Shown piece after piece: positions 57,191-64,000 of a stretch of 64,000 nt of DNA (positions are counted from its first letter, which is position 1; each line of letters opens with the position of its first letter). A program made the position numbers and the translations under genes. Origin of the DNA: Geopsychrobacteraceae bacterium. Lineage in GTDB: Bacteria > Desulfobacterota > Desulfuromonadia > Desulfuromonadales > Geopsychrobacteraceae. The stretch lies in NCBI GenBank assembly GCA_963676795.2, contig CAXXTB010000001.1, positions 1,216,001-1,280,000 on the forward strand, read 5' to 3'. Below the pieces are notes generated by a model, which saw only the letters and a list, made by a program, of their open reading frames with translations, made no database searches and had not been told where the DNA came from.

Positions 57191-58681
57191 CTACAGATTG
57201 CGGTTGAACAGTGCCGACAGGTGGGCGAGACGCTCCGCCAGCTCCGGCGTCATGGCTTCCGGCAGCGCTCTCCAGCGCCAGTTGTTGAAAGCTGTGCCCG
57301 GTGTATTCATTCTCGAAGCCTCTCCGAGTGACAGGATGTCCTGCAACGGGATGACGGCCATTTTGCAGACACTGGCAAAGGCTGTTTCGATAAAAGGCCA
57401 GGGCATGTCGTGGCAGGGGCGCATCAGATAGTTTCTGATTCTTTGGCGGGCCGGATCGTCCAGCTTGTTCCACCAGCCGAGCGTTGTGTCGTTGTCGTGG
57501 GTGCCGGTGTAGATGACCGCGTTCGGGATATGCTGGTGCGGCAGGTAGGGGTTGTCCGCTCCCGAATCGAAGGCGAACTGGAGGATCTTCATGCCGGGCA
57601 GCTGCAGGCCGTCCCTTAAGCTTTCGACGTCGGGAGTAATGATGCCGAGGTCCTCGGCAATGACCGGCAGCAGGGCGAAGTCCTTTTTCAGACATTCGAA
57701 AAGCGCGGTGCCGGGAACCTCCATCCAGTAACCGTTGACCGCAGTTTCCTCGCTGGCAGCGATTGCCCAGCATGCAGCAAAGCCGCGGAAATGATCGACC
57801 CGGACGATATCGAACAGTTCCAGGTTCCACTTGAAGCGCTGCCGCCACCAGCTGAAATCATCCTCGGCCATTCTGTCCCAGCGGTAGAGCGGGTTGCCCC
57901 AGCGTTGTCCGGTACTGCTGAAGTAGTCGGGAGGGACCCCGGCAATCAGGGTCGGCCGGGAGTTTTCGTCGAGGTGGTAATATTCCTTGTTGGCCCAGAC
58001 ATCGGACGAATTTTCAGCAACAAAGATCGGCAGGTCGCCGAAGATCAGAATCCCCTTCTGGTTGGCGTAGGACTTCAGGGCCCGCCACTGCTCAAAGAAG
58101 ACGAACTGCAGATAGCAGTGCCAGTCGATTCTTTCGCTGTGCTCTTTCTTAAAGGCGGCCAGGGTCGCTGCGTTTCCGAGGAGGCGTAATTCGGCGGGCC
58201 AGTTCTGCCAGTGCTCATCATGCTCACCACGGATCGTTTCAAACAGCACGTAGTCGGTCAGCCAGAAATCCTGCTGCTGGCAGAACTGCTGAAATCTCTG
58301 ACGCCGCTCTGCTGAGGCTGTCGCTCTGAAGTTTCTGAAGGCCAGTCCGAGAAGTTCGACGACCAACTCAGTCGCTGCCGGGTAGTCGGCCTCGGCGGAC
58401 TCGGTGACCGGAGCCGGAATATCCTCTGCCTTCAGGTCACCGGTCAGGGCCAGTTGGCGCAGGTCGATGAGCTGGGGATTGCCGGCAAAGGCTGAGAAAC
58501 AACTGTAGGGGCAATCGCCGTAGCCGGTCGGTCCGAGTGGCAGGATCTGCCAGACCGTCTGGCGGGCGGCGACGAGGAAATCGACAAAGGCATAGGCTTC
58601 CTGACCCAGACTGCCGACGGGCTGAGGCCCGGGCAAGGACGTTGGGTGAAGCAGAATTCCGCTACGACGTTGTTTCAGCAT
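57191..58681 (-). CDS. malQ: 4-alpha-glucanotransferase (amylomaltase, GH77)
   Basis: SGILLHPTSLPG, WQILPLGP, GVPPDYFS.TGQRWGNP, RVDHFRG, IAEDLG, YTGTHDNDT, RMNTPG. Confidence 0.97.
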   Translation of the reverse strand: MLKQRRSGILLHPTSLPGPQPVGSLGQEAYAFVDFLVAARQTVWQILPLGPTGYGDCPYSCFSAFAGNPQLIDLRQLALTGDLKAEDIPAPVTESAEADYPAATELVVELLGLAFRNFRATASAERRQRFQQFCQQQDFWLTDYVLFETIRGEHDEHWQNWPAELRLLGNAATLAAFKKEHSERIDWHCYLQFVFFEQWRALKSYANQKGILIFGDLPIFVAENSSDVWANKEYYHLDENSRPTLIAGVPPDYFSSTGQRWGNPLYRWDRMAEDDFSWWRQRFKWNLELFDIVRVDHFRGFAACWAIAASEETAVNGYWMEVPGTALFECLKKDFALLPVIAEDLGIITPDVESLRDGLQLPGMKILQFAFDSGADNPYLPHQHIPNAVIYTGTHDNDTTLGWWNKLDDPARQRIRNYLMRPCHDMPWPFIETAFASVCKMAVIPLQDILSLGEASRMNTPGTAFNNWRWRALPEAMTPELAERLAHLSALFNRNL

Positions 58682-58705
58682 GACACTCCGGATATAGACA
58701 GACGA

Positions 58706-59296
58706 TCAGGGACAGATGACCCGCGCGGCCTGGCACTGAACCTCGACCATTTCAAACATGTTGGTGACCCGGCCGATCTCAACCTGGTCTTTCTTATGAT
58801 AAAAATCGAGACAGAGACCACAGCTGGCGATATCAATCCCGCGCTCCTGGAGTTTTTTCAGGGTCTCCAGAACCTCGGAACCGGTTGTTGTCAGGTTGAT
58901 GCCGCTGTTGACAAAGAGAATGATAGCAGGCAACGGGTCCATCTCAAGCAGGGTCGCAAGAAAATTTCGCATTAAAACGTAGCCCAGATCGCCTTCCCCC
59001 TGGCCCATCTGGTCGCTGCCGCAGTAGATGATCGTCTTGCCTGCCGGAGATTCCGGGGCAACTGCTTGCGTCTTAGGGGCCTCACCGCTTGCTGAAAGGG
59101 TCAGCACAAAACCGCTTCCGGCTGCGGCAGCGGAAGCGCTGTAGCCCATCTTTTCGGCCAGGCGTGAGACATTGTCGCGTCCCGCCGCGTCTCCGACGCA
59201 GACCTCCAGGTCGACGCCCGGGTTGGCGAGCATCTGTTTGCGGGTTTCAACGACAGGGTAGGGGCACTGATGTTGGCTGTAATCAAGTTTTATCAT
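58706..59296 (-). CDS. yedF: Sulfurtransferase-like selenium metabolism protein YedF (TusA + DsrE domains)
   Basis: N-terminal CPYPVVETRK; MG.G..LG..LM..F, FVNSG, SCGLCLDF, IG.VTNM. Confidence 0.85.
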   Translation of the reverse strand: MIKLDYSQHQCPYPVVETRKQMLANPGVDLEVCVGDAAGRDNVSRLAEKMGYSASAAAAGSGFVLTLSASGEAPKTQAVAPESPAGKTIIYCGSDQMGQGEGDLGYVLMRNFLATLLEMDPLPAIILFVNSGINLTTTGSEVLETLKKLQERGIDIASCGLCLDFYHKKDQVEIGRVTNMFEMVEVQCQAARVICP

Positions 59297-59455
59297 CTGC
59301 AATCCTCGTCATGATTCGGGTTTTTGTCTCGCGCCCCAAGTCTAGTTGATGTCCGTTGTGAATACAAATATTTCGCCGTTTTCTATGAGGCGCTGTTCAC
59401 GGCTGTTTTGAGCCGCTGGAGCTTTGAGCCTCTTCCCCTTGTTTGTGTCCCCCTG

Positions 59456-59496
59456 TTGACAGCCTGGGCATTGTTCTGTAGATTGGTCGTACCAAT
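59456..59496 (+). promoter_or_regulatory. sigma70 promoter overlapped by a FadR-family operator
   Basis: TTGACA(59456)-N17-TAGATT(59479); palindrome ATTGGT-CGT-ACCAAT at 59482-59496. Confidence 0.75.
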
Positions 59497-59544
59497 AGGT
59501 GGATTTTGACGCGAATATACCGAATTTAGCTTATTTAACCAATA

Positions 59545-59559
59545 TTAGGTAGTACCATT
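59545..59559 (+). promoter_or_regulatory. Second FadR-family operator next to the RBS
   Basis: TTAGGT-AGT-ACCATT, matching GGT-N3-ACC. Confidence 0.55.
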
Positions 59560-59567
59560 GGAGGCGT

Positions 59568-60317
59568 ATGACCGATTCGATTCTTTTTAGTCCTGTCCCT
59601 GTCGGACGTGCCGGTGAGGAAGTGGCCCTGCAGCTTGAAGCTGCAATCCTGAGCGAGAAGATCATGCCGGGAGAAAGTCTGCCGAGCGAAAGGGAACTGC
59701 AGGCCCAGTTTGGCACCGGGCGTGGTGTTATCAGGGAAGCGATACGGGCGCTGAAGCAGAAAGGCTTGATCGAGATCCGCAAAGGTGCCAAAGGGGGCGC
59801 CTATGTGAAGAAAATCGAGGTGGCCAATGTCAGTGAGTCACTCGGGCTGTTTCTCAAACAGAACCGGGTCGAGACCAGCGACCTTGCCGAATTCCGCGAG
59901 AGTATTGACCGCACCATCACCATGCTGGCTATTACCCGGGCAACCGCTGAGCAGAAGCAGAAACTGGTCGCTGCCACTGAAAAGTTGATGACGTTTCTCG
60001 AAGAGGCCGAGCCGGATCTGAACCGGCTGGGAGAACTCGACCGCGAACTGAATATCATGCTGGCGCGGATGACGGCGAACCCGATCTTTGAATGGATCAT
60101 GTGCGCCATGCAGCTGGGGTTCAGCTCGCATGACTATGCGCTCTACGAAGATGCCGAATTCCGCCGCAACACGATCATCAACTGGTGTACGACAGCGGGA
60201 CATATCGCCGCCGGGGATCTGCTCCAGGCTCTGTCGTCGATCGGAGCCCACTATATCCTGCTGCGTCAGTGTGTCGCCAAACGGCAGACCGCAGCGGTCA
60301 AGGATCAGGCTGTCTGA
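59568..60317 (+). CDS. GntR/FadR family transcriptional regulator
   Basis: PGESLPSEREL..FG.GR..IREA..L..KGL..RKG..GG.YV followed by an FCD domain. Confidence 0.93.
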   Translation: MTDSILFSPVPVGRAGEEVALQLEAAILSEKIMPGESLPSERELQAQFGTGRGVIREAIRALKQKGLIEIRKGAKGGAYVKKIEVANVSESLGLFLKQNRVETSDLAEFRESIDRTITMLAITRATAEQKQKLVAATEKLMTFLEEAEPDLNRLGELDRELNIMLARMTANPIFEWIMCAMQLGFSSHDYALYEDAEFRRNTIINWCTTAGHIAAGDLLQALSSIGAHYILLRQCVAKRQTAAVKDQAV

Positions 60318-60352
60318 ATTTTTAACAAGTGAAAGAAAGGTAACAAAGAACC

Positions 60353-62008
60353 ATGGCAAACCAGAATTACGATTACATCATAGTCGGCGGCGGTTCCGCC
60401 GGCAGCGTCCTGGCCAATCGCTTGAGCGCCAACCCGGAAAACCGGGTGTTGATCCTGGAAGCGGGCAAGCCGGATTACCGCTGGGATTTCCGCATCCATA
60501 TGCCGGCGGCGCTGACCTACCTGCTGACCAAGCCGACCTACAACTGGCTCTACGAGTCGGCTCCGGAACCGCAGATGCACAACCGGCGTATCGCTCAGCC
60601 GCGCGGCAAGGTCTTGGGCGGCTCTAGCTCCATCAACGGGATGATCTATATTCGCGGTAACGCCATGGATTACGAAAAATGGGCGACCAACGAAGGTTTG
60701 GAAAACTGGGACTACGCCCACTGCCTGCCTTACTTCCGCAAGTTCGAGACCCGGCTGATCGGTGCCGACGCTTACCATGGTTCCAACGGTCCCCTCTGCT
60801 TGACCACCCCGAAGTGTGACAATCCGCTCTTCGATGCTTTCTTCAAGGCCGCCGAGCAGGCTGGTTATCCGCTGACCGACGATGTCAACGGCTACCAGCA
60901 GGAAGGGATGGGCAAGTTCGACCAGAATATCTACCGCGGCCGCCGTCACAATGCCGCGCGCGCTTACATCCACCCGGTCAAGAACCGCTCCAACCTGACG
61001 GTCAAGACCCGGGCCCTGGCGACGCGCGTTCTTTTCGACGGCAAGAAGGCGATCGGTGTCGAGTATAAAAAGGGGAGCAGCATTCAGCGCGCCTACGCCG
61101 GCGAGGTGATCAGCTGCGGCGGGGCGATCAATTCGCCGCAACTGCTCCAGCTCTCAGGAGTCGGTAACGGCAACGAGCTGAGCCAGTTGGGGATCAATGT
61201 TGTCAACGATCTGCCGGGGGTCGGCGAAAACCTGCAGGATCACCTGGAGCTCTATGTTCAGTATGCCTGTAAGCAGCCGGTCAGCATGTACCCGGCGCTC
61301 AAGTGGTACAACCAGCCGAAGATCGGCTTCGACTGGCTGTTCCGCCGCACCGGTGCTGCTGCGACCAATCATTTCGAGGCGGGCGGTTTCATCCGCGGCA
61401 ACGAGCGGGTCGAGTATCCGAACCTGCAGTTCCACTTCCTGCCGATCGCAATCCGTTACGACGGCAGCGCCCCGGCTGCCGGTCACGGTTTCCAACTGCA
61501 TGTCGGACCGATGAATACCGATGTGCGTGGTCACATCAAGATCAAGTCGAACCAGCCGAATCGGTATCCGGAGATCTTCTTCAACTACCTCTCCACCGAG
61601 CAGGAACGCCGCGAGTGGGTCGAGGCGATCCGCTGTTCGCGTAATATCATCGGCCAGGCCGCCTTTGACGATCTGCGCGGTGAAGAGCTGGCGCCGGGCA
61701 GCGCGGCCCAGAGCGACGAGGAGATCCTTGATTTCGTCGCCCGCGAAGGGGAGAGCGCATACCATCCGAGCTGTACCTGCAAGATGGGCTACGACGACAT
61801 GGCGGTCGTCGATAGTCAGCTCAAGGTTCACGGCGTCGAAGGGCTGCGCGTTGTCGATGCCTCGATCTTCCCGTCGATCACCAACGGCAATATCTACGCA
61901 CCAACCATGATGGTTGGCGAGAAGGCCGCTGATATCATTCTTGGTAACACCCCGGAAGAGCCGTCAAGCGCACCGTTCTATCGTTGTCAGGAGGGGAGTG
62001 ATGCGTAA
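60353..62008 (+). CDS. betA: Choline dehydrogenase
   Basis: GMC oxidoreductase: YDYIIVGGGSAG, DFRIHMPAAL, RGKVLGGSSSINGM, GENLQDHLE, YHPSCTCKMG, NGNIYAPT. Confidence 0.93.
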   Translation: MANQNYDYIIVGGGSAGSVLANRLSANPENRVLILEAGKPDYRWDFRIHMPAALTYLLTKPTYNWLYESAPEPQMHNRRIAQPRGKVLGGSSSINGMIYIRGNAMDYEKWATNEGLENWDYAHCLPYFRKFETRLIGADAYHGSNGPLCLTTPKCDNPLFDAFFKAAEQAGYPLTDDVNGYQQEGMGKFDQNIYRGRRHNAARAYIHPVKNRSNLTVKTRALATRVLFDGKKAIGVEYKKGSSIQRAYAGEVISCGGAINSPQLLQLSGVGNGNELSQLGINVVNDLPGVGENLQDHLELYVQYACKQPVSMYPALKWYNQPKIGFDWLFRRTGAAATNHFEAGGFIRGNERVEYPNLQFHFLPIAIRYDGSAPAAGHGFQLHVGPMNTDVRGHIKIKSNQPNRYPEIFFNYLSTEQERREWVEAIRCSRNIIGQAAFDDLRGEELAPGSAAQSDEEILDFVAREGESAYHPSCTCKMGYDDMAVVDSQLKVHGVEGLRVVDASIFPSITNGNIYAPTMMVGEKAADIILGNTPEEPSSAPFYRCQEGSDA

Positions 62009-63479
62009 GGGGCAGATGTATATCGATGGGCAGTGGTGCGATGCTCTTTCCGGAGCGGTTCGTGAGATCATCAATCCGTTCAATCAGCAAGTGATCGCAA
62101 CTGTCGCTGAAGGGGATCGCGCCGATTCGCAAGCCGCCATCGCTGCGGCCAGAAGCGCTTTTGACGACGGCCGCTGGTCCGGTCTGACGGCGACGGAAAG
62201 AGCCGGTTATGTTTTCCGTCTGGCTGACCTGATTGAGGCGAACCGTCAGCAGCTGGCCGAGCTGGAGAGCCTCGACACCGGCAAAACGCTGACTGAGAGT
62301 CTCTGGGATATGGACGATATCGCCGGGATCTTCCGTTATTACGCCGGGCTGGCCGATAAGGACGGCGGTGAGATCATCAGCTCGCCGCTGCCGAACAGCG
62401 AGAGCCTGGTGGTGCGTGAGCCGGTCGGCGTCTGCGGCCAGATCTCACCCTGGAACTATCCGTTGTTGCAGGCGGCCTGGAAACTGGCTCCGGCCCTGGT
62501 CGCCGGCTGTACGGTGGTGATGAAGCCGAGCGAGATCACCCCGCTGACAACCATTCGCGTCAGCGAACTGGTCAGCGAGGCGGGTATCCCGGCCGGGGTG
62601 GTCAATCTGGTTTTGGGGCCGGGAGCGACGGTCGGTGCCGAACTCTCTGAAAGCCATGACGTCGATCTTATCTCCTTCACCGGCGGGATTGCCACCGGCA
62701 AGCGGATCATCCAGGCGGCAAGTTCCAACGTCAAGAAGATTTGTCTCGAGCTGGGTGGCAAAAACCCGAACATTATCTTTGCCGATGCCGATCTCGAGGT
62801 CGCCCTCGACTATGTACTGAACGGCGTCTTTTTTCACGCCGGTCAGATCTGCAGCGCCGGAGCGCGGGTGATGGTCGAAGAGTCGATCCATGACGATTTT
62901 GTCGACCGTCTCAAGCAGCGGATGAGCTGGATAAAACTGGGCAACGGTTTTGTTGAGGGAACCCAGATGGGACCGCTGATCTCGGCCGAGCATCTGGCCA
63001 AGGTCGAAAGCTACGTCAAGGTTGCCGTTGACGAGGGCGCTGTGCTGGAACTGGGCGGCAGACGCCCTGCCACTGCCGGTTTGCAGGACGGCTTCTTCTA
63101 CGAGCCGACCCTGTTCAGTGGCTGCAAAAACGACATGCGTATCGTTCAGGAGGAGGTCTTCGGGCCGGTGATCTCGGTCGAGCGGTTCTGTACCGAAGAG
63201 GAAGTGGTTGAACGCGCCAACAGCACCATCTATGGTCTGGCCGCCGGCTTCTGGACCGCCGACAGCGCCCGTCAGAAACGGGTTGCCCGTGGCTTACGCT
63301 TCGGAACCGTCTGGATCAACGACTTCAATGTCTACTTCACCCAGGCGCCCTGGGGCGGCTTCAAGCAGTCGGGACTGGGGCGCGAGCTGGGCAGGACCGG
63401 TCTCGAGGAGTATACCGAGCAGAAGCATATCTACCAGAACTATCAGCCGCAGGCGCTCAACTGGTTTGGAGTCAAGTAG
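62001..63479 (+). CDS. betB: Betaine aldehyde dehydrogenase
   Basis: PWNYP, KPSE, FTGG, LELGGKNP, GQICSAG, EEVFGPV, GGFKQSG; overlaps the betA stop. Confidence 0.9.
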   Translation: MRKGQMYIDGQWCDALSGAVREIINPFNQQVIATVAEGDRADSQAAIAAARSAFDDGRWSGLTATERAGYVFRLADLIEANRQQLAELESLDTGKTLTESLWDMDDIAGIFRYYAGLADKDGGEIISSPLPNSESLVVREPVGVCGQISPWNYPLLQAAWKLAPALVAGCTVVMKPSEITPLTTIRVSELVSEAGIPAGVVNLVLGPGATVGAELSESHDVDLISFTGGIATGKRIIQAASSNVKKICLELGGKNPNIIFADADLEVALDYVLNGVFFHAGQICSAGARVMVEESIHDDFVDRLKQRMSWIKLGNGFVEGTQMGPLISAEHLAKVESYVKVAVDEGAVLELGGRRPATAGLQDGFFYEPTLFSGCKNDMRIVQEEVFGPVISVERFCTEEEVVERANSTIYGLAAGFWTADSARQKRVARGLRFGTVWINDFNVYFTQAPWGGFKQSGLGRELGRTGLEEYTEQKHIYQNYQPQALNWFGVK

Positions 63480-63530
63480 CCCATCTGCCGCGATGAGCGT
63501 GGCGGGATCATTATACAAAAGGAGGAGTTG

Positions 63531-64000
63531 ATGTCTATTTCGTCTCTGAGGAGACCTATTGTTGTGGCGCTGACCCTGGTGCTGATCTTCTGGTCAGGAA
63601 TGGCTATGGCCGCAAACAAGATCCATTTTGCCCGGGTCAGCTGGACCGGGGTGACGGTCAAGACCGAACTGGCCAAGGATATTCTGACCAGTCTCGGCTA
63701 CCAGACCAAGGTTTCGACCCTGTCTGTGCCGATCGTCTACCAGGCCTTGAGCACCGGCGATGCCGATGTTTTCCTGGGCAACTGGATGCCGTCAATGGAG
63801 ACGATCGCCAACAAGTATTTTGAACAGGGGACAGTCATCAAATCTGTCGCAAACATGGAGGGGGCCAAGTATACCCTGGCGGCTCCCAGCTATGTGGTTG
63901 ACGGCGGGCTGAAGGATTTCGCCGATATCGCCAGGTTTGCCGACAAGCTCGATCACAAGATCTACGGCCTGGAACCGGGTAACGATGGTAACCTGATCAT
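63531..64000 (+). CDS. Choline/glycine betaine ABC transporter substrate-binding protein (ChoX/OpuAC-like), truncated by the window end
   Basis: GGAGGAG RBS; my translation gives a signal peptide then VSWT, LGY, DVFLGNWMP, GAKYTLA, IYGLEPGNDGN; open to the window edge. Confidence 0.88.
   Translation, partial: MSISSLRRPIVVALTLVLIFWSGMAMAANKIHFARVSWTGVTVKTELAKDILTSLGYQTKVSTLSVPIVYQALSTGDADVFLGNWMPSMETIANKYFEQGTVIKSVANMEGAKYTLAAPSYVVDGGLKDFADIARFADKLDHKIYGLEPGNDGNLI

Noticed and set aside
58706..59296. Selenocysteine (UGA) recoding in yedF or other redox genes
   Set aside because: Catalytic positions are encoded as Cys and I saw no in-frame UGA interrupting a conserved domain

Overview
A roughly 58% GC bacterial chromosomal segment. 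The gene set (trkAH, hcp with a TTGAC-N4-GTCAA site, GH57-galT-glgA, yedF, rluD-pgeF, many sensory proteins) suggests a Desulfuromonadales/Geobacter-like deltaproteobacterium, probably salt-adapted because it carries bet genes; this taxonomy is an inference. The window has about 54 CDS and one tRNA-Val(GAC). I found no integrase, transposase, CRISPR array or rRNA. Main points of interest: (1) a ~185-bp multi-hairpin repeat unit present four times as two inverted doublets between convergent genes, with compensatory base changes in its stems; (2) a 1536-aa GH13 amylase::glycogen synthase fusion in a GH57-galT operon; (3) two divergent modules that each pair a transporter-less solute-binding protein with a membrane sensor (DctP + hybrid kinase; GGDEF-EAL + PhnD-like); (4) hcp with two in-frame RBS-equipped starts and an HcpR/FNR-type site; (5) a betA-betB-choline transporter operon apparently controlled by a FadR/GntR regulator with visible operators; (6) a cNMP-binding protein/AI-2E transporter/inositol monophosphatase operon. 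All product calls come from recognising motifs by eye; no database searches were run.
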